From the IMG/VR virus record IMGVR_UViG_3300025759_000058: DNA of 64,000 nucleotides. The stretch is one strand, 5' to 3'. Positions 33,529-41,064 of the stretch are shown piece after piece (position 1 is the first letter of the stretch; each line of letters opens with the position of its first letter). Below the pieces are notes generated by a model. That model ran no database searches. It was not told the DNA's origin and saw nothing but the letters and a program-made list of their open reading frames with translations. This stretch comes from a virus. Position numbers and translations under genes: made by a program.

Positions 33529-33872
33529 TGAGAAATTTGTTATATGGTTTTGTCTTGTTTCTTGCCGGGCAAACATTAATTTGGTTTCAAACTAATTTGC
33601 AGTTTATTAATACATGGGCAAAGGAACATCCGTTTCTAATGTCGATTATTTTTAGTACTCCTATATCATATATGTTTATTAAAGCCACAGGCTTTTTAGC
33701 TGATTATTATGACGGCGCAATTTGGCCCGGCCGGATGATAGGCTTCGGGTCTGGGATGATAGTATTCGCCTTCTTAGCCTATTTAATACTAGGCGAAGGC
33801 ATAAGTGCAAAGACTGCAGTAAGCTTGGTATTAGCTACTACACTTGTACTTATTCAAGTACTATGGAAATAA
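33528..33872 (+). CDS. 4-TM small membrane protein (SMR/EamA-like; holin candidate)
   Basis: Four hydrophobic helices; coupled to the putative endolysin. Confidence 0.55.
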   Translation: MRNLLYGFVLFLAGQTLIWFQTNLQFINTWAKEHPFLMSIIFSTPISYMFIKATGFLADYYDGAIWPGRMIGFGSGMIVFAFLAYLILGEGISAKTAVSLVLATTLVLIQVLWK

Positions 33873-33909
33873 GGTTGTATGATATTTATTAAAAAGAACT
33901 GGAGTACTC

Positions 33910-34788
33910 ATGAATTTAAAATCTCTACTCAATGAGATAATGTCTGAAGATGCCGTTGATGATTTAGCGAATGCATTCGAGACTGAAAAGATACCGGCAT
34001 TTACAGTAGCATTAGCTAATGCTATTAAAGATCCAAAGGTTAAAGCAATATTAGATGCAGGACTTGCTGACGGCTCGTTAAAGGATGATCAATTTATGTT
34101 TTCAGAGAAGCGTATACAATGTAAAAAATTACAGCCGACGCAGAACGAAATAGGATTCGATCAAAGTATTCAGAATTTATTAACAGATAAACACGGATCA
34201 TTAGAATCTATATTACGTGGCCAAGCTGATATGGGTCCTAATCCTATTGTAACTTATGACGGTAAGTTTATCATTGATGGACATCACAGATGGTCTCAAG
34301 CATTTACAGCTAATCCTAATAGTACAATTAGAGCAGTAGATATAAAAGCTAAGTCAGGTTACAGCCATTTAGATATTCTTAAAGTGGTACACGCCGCGGT
34401 CGCTAAACAATTAGGCAAAGTACCGTCTAATACAGCTCTAGGAAGTAATATACTCAAAGGCACTACGGAAGCAATTGTACAACGTGAAGTAGATGCTAAT
34501 CTAACGGATGAAGCTAGAAATATCTGGATGGAATTTGGCCAGAATATAGATTCGGATGCGGATATTGCACGCCAGATTACAGCTAATATAAATTTAATGG
34601 CTAAGAAAGGAAGTGCATTAGGCGCTCCTGGCAGAGAACATATGCCCCAAACGGATGCTGGTAATTTAAAGACAGCGGATACATTAAAACAACTTAAAGG
34701 TATAGTTAATGTTACCGAACCGTTTCAGGAATCGGTACGTGAAAAGTTTACTAGAATAGCGAGATTAAGAAAATATGGAAACGCCTGA
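33910..34788 (+). CDS. ParB/Srx-like domain protein with MNLKSLLNE leader
   Basis: LQPTQ and IIDGHHRW motifs. Confidence 0.75.
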   Translation: MNLKSLLNEIMSEDAVDDLANAFETEKIPAFTVALANAIKDPKVKAILDAGLADGSLKDDQFMFSEKRIQCKKLQPTQNEIGFDQSIQNLLTDKHGSLESILRGQADMGPNPIVTYDGKFIIDGHHRWSQAFTANPNSTIRAVDIKAKSGYSHLDILKVVHAAVAKQLGKVPSNTALGSNILKGTTEAIVQREVDANLTDEARNIWMEFGQNIDSDADIARQITANINLMAKKGSALGAPGREHMPQTDAGNLKTADTLKQLKGIVNVTEPFQESVREKFTRIARLRKYGNA

Positions 34789-35575
34789 ATACTTTGATAA
34801 CGTAACGATTGGCCAGTTTGCATTAACTGGTGTGCCGACTAAAGTATACGTTAATAACAGATATTTAAACATTACAGATCCGGATGATGTAGAGGATGCA
34901 TCTGTTGGATTTGGAATGGATGAGGATTCGGAAATGCATCCTTTCGATTATCGTTTAGTGCGACATTTACTTGTTGGCGGCGAAGTTGTCGATTTAGAGA
35001 CATTTAAAAAGGCATCTGAAGATGAATCAGGTGCTAAGGATGATTCTAAAGGCGAAGATAAGAAAGACAAGGAAGAGGATAAAGGCGAGGATAAGGAGTC
35101 AGATAAAGATAAAGGCGATGAAAAGGATAAAGAAGAGAAGAATCCTTTCGAAAGTATTTTAAAACTAAAGAGTATAGTCTCAGAATTAACAAAAGATGAG
35201 TTTGATGCTCAACAAGATTCATTGGAAGCAGACATGGATGCAGGAAAAGCAAAAATAGATGCAGCTAAAAAGAAATTAGCTGACTTGAAAAAACAACCGA
35301 TAGAAGAAGCGGCTAAGCCGAAATTTACGCAAGGCGATATTATTCAGAACACGGATAAAGAATGCGGTAGCTATGGTGCAATAGGTGTTGTTCAGAAAGT
35401 ATACAAAGATGACGATATTGAGAATGTCGTGTATAGAATAACAAATAATGGTCCTATGTTTAAGACTGGCGATTTGAGTACTAATAGAGCTGATCAATTA
35501 AAGGCGTATAGTAAAGACGATTTAATGCCAGATCCAGAGCTGCCCGAAGGAGAGCAGGTAAAGGAGAAAAAGTAA
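34775..35575 (+). CDS. hypothetical virion-associated protein with a D/E/K low-complexity linker
   Basis: Repeated DKGEDK-type units near 35030-35140, followed by an internal leader-like LKLKSIVSE. Confidence 0.65.
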   Translation: METPEYFDNVTIGQFALTGVPTKVYVNNRYLNITDPDDVEDASVGFGMDEDSEMHPFDYRLVRHLLVGGEVVDLETFKKASEDESGAKDDSKGEDKKDKEEDKGEDKESDKDKGDEKDKEEKNPFESILKLKSIVSELTKDEFDAQQDSLEADMDAGKAKIDAAKKKLADLKKQPIEEAAKPKFTQGDIIQNTDKECGSYGAIGVVQKVYKDDDIENVVYRITNNGPMFKTGDLSTNRADQLKAYSKDDLMPDPELPEGEQVKEKK

Positions 35576-36009
35576 TGGCGTCTGGTAAAAAAAAAGGCAT
35601 CGACGGAAAAGCATGTTGGGACGGATATCGCTATGCCGGAACCGAGGATGGAAAAGATAAATGCGTTAAGGTCAGTGAGTCATTAAAATTAGAAATCTGG
35701 GAGCATTCGCAGCCAGTGTTATGGCAAGAAGCAGAATACCAAGGACGTACGGTTAAATTAGGTAAAGTACAGAGAGGCGGCAAGAAGAAGTTTCAAGTGT
35801 ATGTACAAGATCCTAAAACTAAAAATGTTAAGAAAGTGTCATTTGGCGATACGACAGGACTTAGTATCAAAACTAAAGATCCAGATAGACGTAGATCGTT
35901 TAGAGCTAGACATAATTGCGATAATCCAGGTCCCAGGACAAAAGCAAGATATTGGTCATGCCGTATGTGGTCTGGCCCGGACGCTGTTAAGAATATGCTA
36001 AAGAAATGA
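35575..36009 (+). CDS. basic protein resembling T4-like phage head-associated proteins
   Basis: CWDGY, KVSFGD, RRSFRARHNC, ARYWSC motifs recalled from large myovirus proteins. Confidence 0.6.
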   Translation: MASGKKKGIDGKACWDGYRYAGTEDGKDKCVKVSESLKLEIWEHSQPVLWQEAEYQGRTVKLGKVQRGGKKKFQVYVQDPKTKNVKKVSFGDTTGLSIKTKDPDRRRSFRARHNCDNPGPRTKARYWSCRMWSGPDAVKNMLKK

Positions 36010-36851
36010 TTAAATTAAAAGATTTATTAGTTGAGTATCGCTCCGTTAAAGGTTTAGATACATTCGATTCCTCTAAAGAGAACGTTGTATTTTGGTCTGA
36101 TGGTATTATTATGATCAACCCTGAAAAGCCAATGGATGCAGCATCGGCAATGAGGACACTCACTAGTAAGTTTACAGGTCCTATTAGTATACAAGTAGAT
36201 CCAGTAAAAAAGTTTGTTACGATTTTTGATTATGATGATTGGAGTTCATTTAAGACAGTACCTTCATTTCAACAAGCCATAAAAGATTTAGTTCGTTTAA
36301 AATTGGTCAAGCCGAATTACGGTTTAAGAATTGGGTTATCAAATACAACAAAAAACCTGGGCAAATCTACAGTAAATGCGCTTCTGAAATATGATGCAAG
36401 TTATTCAAATACTATTCCTAGAGCATTTCATGGTACTACTGTAAAAGATTTAGGAACAATCAAACGATTAGGACTTGTTCCACCTAGCAAGAATAAATAC
36501 TCGGTATTGAAATGGGATGCGTTTTACACTGACGATTCGCCAGATAATATTTATCTATCTACGGATTTCGAACGTGCTGATACATATGCGAGACATGCGG
36601 TAGAAAAATACAAGGAAATAGGTATTAAAACTAAGCCTGTAATTTTGCAAGTAGATAATTTACCTATTGACAATGTAGTAGCGGATGACGATTTTAGATC
36701 AAACATGAGTATGGTCCATCTGATGAGTGTATTTCAGACGGGCAAAAAAGTAGATCCAGATTCATATATGTCGTCGATACGTAGTACTGCGCAATTCGGG
36801 TACAGAGGTCGTATACCAGCTTCGAAGATAACAAAGATTCATAAAATATGA
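36006..36851 (+). CDS. putative H-type ADP-ribosyltransferase-fold protein with MIKLKDLLVE leader
   Basis: AFHGT...IKRLGL, IYLST...A..YA, VILQV. Confidence 0.6.
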   Translation: MIKLKDLLVEYRSVKGLDTFDSSKENVVFWSDGIIMINPEKPMDAASAMRTLTSKFTGPISIQVDPVKKFVTIFDYDDWSSFKTVPSFQQAIKDLVRLKLVKPNYGLRIGLSNTTKNLGKSTVNALLKYDASYSNTIPRAFHGTTVKDLGTIKRLGLVPPSKNKYSVLKWDAFYTDDSPDNIYLSTDFERADTYARHAVEKYKEIGIKTKPVILQVDNLPIDNVVADDDFRSNMSMVHLMSVFQTGKKVDPDSYMSSIRSTAQFGYRGRIPASKITKIHKI

Positions 36852-37009
36852 TTAAACTTAAAGAAATGTTATCAGGATATGAACCAGTTGATGATTCTAA
36901 ATCTAACTTCGACCGGCCAGCTCATTATGAAGAGTATTATAAAAACTTAACGCCGAGCGAGTTTTCTGTAATGCGGAAGGGCAACTATATCGTAATAAAG
37001 ATTACATAA
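36848..37009 (+). CDS. small protein with MIKLKEML leader (53 aa; not in the ORF track)
   Basis: ATGA overlap with the upstream stop; carries the same leader. Confidence 0.6.
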   Translation: MIKLKEMLSGYEPVDDSKSNFDRPAHYEEYYKNLTPSEFSVMRKGNYIVIKIT

Positions 37010-37012
37010 TCT

Positions 37013-37043
37013 TTTGATTTATGTAATATAGTTTTTATATTTA
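37013..37043 (+). promoter_or_regulatory. class I promoter
   Basis: TTTG-N19-TATATTTA. Confidence 0.6.
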
Positions 37044-37048
37044 AGGAG

Positions 37049-37252
37049 ATGGTGATGGAAGAAAATTATCTCGAGTTAGCACTAGATGAAGTATACCAAC
37101 TAGTTGCATCAGGCGTTCGATGGCCGGAAAGCTTACAATCATCTTCTCATCGTAAAGCGTTCTTACGTGATATGATTGAATATTACGAAGAACATGAAGA
37201 ATATGAAAGATGTGCAACGTTACAGGAAATGATCAATGAATTGGAAGATTGA
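37049..37252 (+). CDS. hypothetical protein (UVR-like C-terminal motif)
   Basis: EEYERCATL motif. Confidence 0.6.
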   Translation: MVMEENYLELALDEVYQLVASGVRWPESLQSSSHRKAFLRDMIEYYEEHEEYERCATLQEMINELED

Positions 37253-37442
37253 ATCTCGTCCTATAGATGTTTATGAATTAGGACCAAATGATACACAACA
37301 AAAATATATTGTTTATGTATTAGATGATTTCGGCCGTCCTATTGAAGCCGAAGAGGCGTATGGAATAGAAGACCGTACACGTAAAACAAGATTATTTACA
37401 GCAAAGTATGGTAAATACATAGTAAAAATTGAACATCAGTAA
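37236..37442 (+). CDS. hypothetical protein
   Basis: 68 aa ORF overlapping the upstream gene. Confidence 0.6.
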   Translation: MNWKIESRPIDVYELGPNDTQQKYIVYVLDDFGRPIEAEEAYGIEDRTRKTRLFTAKYGKYIVKIEHQ

Positions 37443-37463
37443 TGTGGTATACAACTTGTACAT

Positions 37464-37730
37464 ATGACGTTGAAGTCCAATACACGCTCAAAGAGAAGAA
37501 AAAAGTTTAAGATTCATCTATTAGATGATGAGTTCAATTCATTTGAGCATGTCATTGTAGTATTGACATCATTGTTACCGGCATGCAATACAATTCGTGC
37601 AGAATCAATAGCCATGATTACACATAACGCCGGCCGATGTCATATCTATTCGGGGTTTGCGCCTGAAGCATTTGTGATGTACGCAAATTTAAAAAAAGCT
37701 GGCTTAACAGTTTCTTTAGATCGATCATGA
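37464..37730 (+). CDS. clpS: ClpS-like N-degron adaptor
   Basis: LLDDEFNSFEHVI...AMITHNAG...LKKAGLTV. Confidence 0.78.
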   Translation: MTLKSNTRSKRRKKFKIHLLDDEFNSFEHVIVVLTSLLPACNTIRAESIAMITHNAGRCHIYSGFAPEAFVMYANLKKAGLTVSLDRS

Positions 37731-38203
37731 AAAAGTATTTAGTTATATCATTTCTATTTATACCGATGACGATGTCATTAACGCCAATGCCCAGCCTTAA
37801 TTTACAGTTACCGCATGTACGAAAGATTACGCCTATTCAAGTAGACTCAATACAGCAAAGAGATGATCTTATCGCAGCCTTGATTCAGGTTGAATCGTCT
37901 GGTAATGATAAGGCATATAATGAATCTGAAGATGCGGTTGGATGTCTACAAATTCGACGTGTAATGGTAAGAGAAGTAAATCGTATCCTACGGCGTACGA
38001 ATAGTAAAGATAGATATGATATGGCCGATCGATGGAATTGTGATAAATCAAAAGAGATGTTCAATATATGGCGTGAATATCACCATGCCGATAGTGAATA
38101 CGAAACTATTGCCCGTAATTGGAATGGAGGCCCGAAAGGCTATAGTATGAGAGCTACGGAACGTTATTGGAAAAAAGTACAAAATCATTTGGATAGTAAA
38201 TAA
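37727..38203 (+). CDS. lytic transglycosylase / lysozyme-like protein with an N-terminal anchor
   Basis: IQVESSG, AVGCLQI, WNGGP. Confidence 0.8.
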   Translation: MKKYLVISFLFIPMTMSLTPMPSLNLQLPHVRKITPIQVDSIQQRDDLIAALIQVESSGNDKAYNESEDAVGCLQIRRVMVREVNRILRRTNSKDRYDMADRWNCDKSKEMFNIWREYHHADSEYETIARNWNGGPKGYSMRATERYWKKVQNHLDSK

Positions 38204-38219
38204 TACTTTTATATATTTA
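38188..38219 (+). promoter_or_regulatory. class I promoter
   Basis: TTTG-N20-TATATTTA, with ATG 4 nt downstream. Confidence 0.7.
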
Positions 38220-38223
38220 AGAC

Positions 38224-38571
38224 ATGATAACAAATGTAATAGTTAAATTGCAGGTAGATGGATTACACTCCTGGCCGGATGCAAAAAAGGTATTTCCCGA
38301 AGTAGGATTCCTTTCAGATAATCATCGACACATGTTTCATGTTACAGCTAAGAAGCGTGTAAATCATGATGATCGAGATGTTGAATTTATCATGTTTAAA
38401 CGAGATATTGAAGAGTATCTACATGATAAGTATTGGAGGCAAGATTACCGATCACATTTCTTTGGAGCAAAATCATGCGAAATGATTGCTAGAGAAATTT
38501 TAGAATATTTTGGTTGCGAATATGTATCGGTATTCGAAGATAATGAAAATGGTGCAGAAATCTATATTTAA
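38224..38571 (+). CDS. dpdL: QueD-paralog T-fold protein, DpdL-like CDG decarboxylase
   Basis: LSDNHRHMF matches the LxxxHRHxF signature I recall for DpdL; also SCEMIA and VFEDNENGA. Confidence 0.7.
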   Translation: MITNVIVKLQVDGLHSWPDAKKVFPEVGFLSDNHRHMFHVTAKKRVNHDDRDVEFIMFKRDIEEYLHDKYWRQDYRSHFFGAKSCEMIAREILEYFGCEYVSVFEDNENGAEIYI

Positions 38572-38579
38572 AAATACAA

Positions 38580-38876
38580 ATGGATAAAAACAAAACAATT
38601 CCTACTAATCGAGTTATCACAGAATGGTATGAGGCTATGGACGCCATGTCCGTAAATGTGTCACCCACAGCATCGACATTATTGCAAGCAGTTTTAGATC
38701 AATATGATATCCAGCAACGTAATCGCGATGTATGGCAAGAATTCTTACGGACAGATGTTGACGAACTTCCGATGTTTTATTCATCATTGACTGAAGAGGA
38801 GCGCAGTATCATCGATGCCCGCCGAGCCTCATCATGGAGAGATGCTCGTAGCAGCAAAGAACTTCTTAAAGGATAA
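38580..38876 (+). CDS. hypothetical protein
   Basis: 98 aa ORF. Confidence 0.65.
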   Translation: MDKNKTIPTNRVITEWYEAMDAMSVNVSPTASTLLQAVLDQYDIQQRNRDVWQEFLRTDVDELPMFYSSLTEEERSIIDARRASSWRDARSSKELLKG

Positions 38877-38878
38877 CA

Positions 38879-39400
38879 ATGACGTATAAGCCGGGCGACG
38901 GACGACCTGCAATGAATATATCGGAATCAGAGATCCGGTATGCCATGGAGAATACTAGGTCATGTGCTGAAGCTGCTCGGTTTTTAAAAGTTTCGTACGA
39001 AACGTTTCGTAAGTATGCGAAGTTATATAAAGATTCAAAATCTGGAAAAACGTTATTTGAACTGCATAAGAATGCAAACGGCAAAGGTATACCGAAACCA
39101 CAAAGAGAACGATTGCGCGGCCATTATGGCATTGAAGATATTCTAGAAGGCAAGTATCCTAAGTATAATCGACATCGACTTAAATCGCGCTTGTTGCGTA
39201 GCGGTTTGATTGAAGAGAAATGCGAATGTTGTGGTTTTAATGAAAGGCGCGTAACGGACTATACAGTTCCTTTGTTACTAGATTGGATTGATGGAGATTT
39301 TACAAATCATAAGCGAGAAAATTTACGTTTTCTATGTTATAACTGCTATTATCTCATTGTTGGTAACCCGTTGGGCGGGAGAATGAAAAATTCTTACTAA
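38879..39400 (+). CDS. HTH plus degenerate HNH Zn-finger protein
   Basis: AEAARFLKVSYETFRKY (HTH); CECC...LDWIDG..N..ENLRFLCYNC. Confidence 0.7.
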   Translation: MTYKPGDGRPAMNISESEIRYAMENTRSCAEAARFLKVSYETFRKYAKLYKDSKSGKTLFELHKNANGKGIPKPQRERLRGHYGIEDILEGKYPKYNRHRLKSRLLRSGLIEEKCECCGFNERRVTDYTVPLLLDWIDGDFTNHKRENLRFLCYNCYYLIVGNPLGGRMKNSY

Positions 39401-39416
39401 AAAAGTTTGAAAAAGC

Positions 39417-39448
39417 TTAGGATTCGAAAATCATTATACTTATCTTTA
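39417..39448 (+). promoter_or_regulatory. class I promoter
   Basis: TTAG-N20-TATCTTTA with an upstream A-tract. Confidence 0.75.
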
Positions 39449-39451
39449 AGT

Positions 39452-39736
39452 ATGAAAAAAGTTAAAAAGATGCAACGTTTGAAATTTCAATTGACAATCG
39501 AGTCACCGGCGTTCCTTGTTGGAATTGCAGGTTTGGTTTTGGCAATCATGACCGGTACTGGTAAGATGGCAGAGTATATTTCTTTTCAAAGTGTAGATAA
39601 CGAAATGGCATTTGCTTTTGTGACTATGTTGATGATGTTTACAGGGTTCTACGCCGGCGTAAGAGTTCGTCGTATTAAAAGGTTTGAGCGTTACGGAAGT
39701 GACGTAGATGTTGTTCGAGATGGCAAAAAAGGATAA
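39452..39736 (+). CDS. 2-TM membrane protein
   Basis: Two hydrophobic helices; start at 39452 or 39470. Confidence 0.65.
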   Translation: MKKVKKMQRLKFQLTIESPAFLVGIAGLVLAIMTGTGKMAEYISFQSVDNEMAFAFVTMLMMFTGFYAGVRVRRIKRFERYGSDVDVVRDGKKG

Positions 39737-39866
39737 ACGTAAAATTGACGGCTATTCCACCGGCGAGTTATCGCAATTGGCCCGTAGAAGAATGATTCAA
39801 AAAGATCACGGTGATAAAACTAAATATGACCGTAAAAATAAAGATTGGAAAAATGAAGAACTTTAA
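39720..39866 (+). CDS. small basic protein (48 aa; not in the ORF track)
   Basis: MAKKDKRKID...HGDKTKYDRKNKDWKNEEL; overlaps both neighbours. Confidence 0.55.
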   Translation: MAKKDKRKIDGYSTGELSQLARRRMIQKDHGDKTKYDRKNKDWKNEEL

Positions 39867-40086
39867 GATTGAAATTGAAGAACATGAAGATATCTCAGGA
39901 ATTCATTATAGAATTCGTGAGAAGCATTATGCATTTGGATTCTTGAGAGTAGTGAATGAGTTGTACAGCAAACATTATACTTCATATGAAGATGCCGCAG
40001 AGGTTGCGGATCGGTATCGTCAACATTGTTTGCGTGCAAATAGCAAAAGAACATTCGTAAAAAAAGTTACGGAAATTGTTGGCTAA
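39853..40086 (+). CDS. hypothetical protein
   Basis: ATG at 39853 preferred as start. Confidence 0.6.
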   Translation: MKNFKIEIEEHEDISGIHYRIREKHYAFGFLRVVNELYSKHYTSYEDAAEVADRYRQHCLRANSKRTFVKKVTEIVG

Positions 40087-40088
40087 GG

Positions 40089-40120
40089 TTAGGATCTAAA
40101 TATAGAAGTTCTTATATTTA
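40089..40120 (+). promoter_or_regulatory. class I promoter of the tRNA cluster
   Basis: TTAG-N20-TATATTTA, about 20 nt upstream of tRNA-Leu. Confidence 0.75.
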
Positions 40121-40139
40121 AGAGATGAGTTTAAAACAT

Positions 40140-40225
40140 GGCCGGATGATGGAATTGGTAGACATGACAGACTTAAAATCTGTTGAGCCGAAGGGCTCGT
40201 GCGGGTTCGACTCCCGCTCCGGCTA
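40140..40225 (+). tRNA. trnL: tRNA-Leu(TAA)
   Basis: Acceptor GGCCGGA/TCCGGCT; anticodon arm ACAGA-CTTAAAA-TCTGT; long variable arm; GGTTCGA T-loop. Confidence 0.95.
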
Positions 40226-40242
40226 CCTTATTTTTAATAACA

Positions 40243-40464
40243 ATGGAATTTGAAGTAATTGACTCTAAAGAAGTTTGGTGGGCGGTTACAAATCAATATG
40301 AAGTCGCCTTTAAGGATGGTAACACTTTTAGTTTTCGAGCTGCTGAAGATCCTAACGGTACTGATTTCTATGTGTTATCCGATGATGGCTGGTCGCCTTT
40401 AGAAGATGGTAATGAATATCATGATTCATTTTATGAGGCATGGAGTGAAGGTACATTAGATTAA
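40243..40464 (+). CDS. acidic hypothetical protein between tRNAs
   Basis: 73 aa from ATG 40243; the ORF-track start falls inside the tRNA. Confidence 0.65.
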   Translation: MEFEVIDSKEVWWAVTNQYEVAFKDGNTFSFRAAEDPNGTDFYVLSDDGWSPLEDGNEYHDSFYEAWSEGTLD

Positions 40465-40470
40465 CAATAT

Positions 40471-40544
40471 GCGCCCGTAGCTCAGCTGGATAGAGCAACA
40501 GCCTTCTAAGCTGTGGGTCATAGGTTCGAATCCTATCGGGCGTA
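40471..40544 (+). tRNA. trnR: tRNA-Arg(TCT)
   Basis: GCGCCCG/CGGGCGT; ACAGC-CTTCTAA-GCTGT; GGTTCGAATCC. Confidence 0.95.
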
Positions 40545-40548
40545 CGAG

Positions 40549-40561
40549 AGTTCTTTGACAT
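40549..40561 (+). promoter_or_regulatory. boxA-like antitermination element
   Basis: AGTTCTTTGACAT directly after tRNA-Arg, similar to rrn-spacer boxA (GYTCTTT core). Confidence 0.45.
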
Positions 40562-40619
40562 CTTGGTTTTAATTCGCTGATGCCGTCACTGCGAAAAATA
40601 AATTATGACGAGCCAATAT

Positions 40620-40693
40620 GGGGACGTAGCTCAATTGGTTAGAGCATCAAGCTTATATCTTGAAGGTCGTAGGTTCAATTCCTACCGTCCCTA
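40620..40693 (+). tRNA. trnI: tRNA-Ile(TAT)
   Basis: GGGGACG/CGTCCCT; TCAAG-CTTATAT-CTTGA; GGTTCAATTCC. Confidence 0.9.
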
Positions 40694-40696
40694 CAC

Positions 40697-40856
40697 TAGT
40701 TGTGTGAGTTGGTTAGGTAGCAGCACAACACCTGGTCGGAGGCTAACCTCTCACGGACCGAGGAAATACTACTTAAGTGTAGCGTTTAGATTATTTTGTA
40801 CGAAACAAATATCCAGTTGGTAGTCTGACACTACAAGTGCCCCTTCAGGGGTGCGG
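40697..40856 (+). ncRNA. putative structured RNA between tRNA-Ile and tRNA-Asn
   Basis: Several stems and a possible pseudoknot (see findings); no credible ORF. Confidence 0.4.
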
Positions 40857-40860
40857 ATCT

Positions 40861-40934
40861 GATCTCTTAGCTCAGTTGGTTAGAGCATCTGACTGTTAAT
40901 CAGAGGGTCCTGGGTTCGAGCCCCAGAGAGATCG
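40861..40934 (+). tRNA. trnN: tRNA-Asn(GTT)
   Basis: GATCTCT/AGAGATC; TCTGA-CTGTTAA-TCAGA; GGTTCGAGCCC. Confidence 0.95.
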
Positions 40935-40950
40935 CCTGAAGACTGCGTAC

Positions 40951-41025
40951 GCAGTATATAGCTCAATTGGTTAGAGCACTGGTTTGTGGTACCAGAGGTT
41001 ATCAGTTCGATTCTGATTATACTGC
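40951..41025 (+). tRNA. trnH: tRNA-His(GTG) with encoded G-1
   Basis: G-CAGTATA/TATACTG-C; CTGGT-TTGTGGT-ACCAG; AGTTCGATTCT. Confidence 0.92.
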
Positions 41026-41064
41026 CATATTTTATTATAAGTAAACTGTTGAAAAGATGAATGA

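Noticed and set aside
35030-35140. GATAAAGGCGA-like nucleotide repeats
   Set aside because: Explained by a D/E/K low-complexity protein linker, not a DNA-level repeat element.
40563-40617. preQ1-I or SAM-II riboswitch call for the pseudoknot
   Set aside because: The topology is similar but the conserved ligand-binding nucleotides are not matched, and it precedes a tRNA rather than a CDS.
40183-40823. ORFs 40183-40464 (5' part), 40352-40561 and 40605-40823
   Set aside because: They run through tRNA genes. Only the portion from ATG 40243 is credible.
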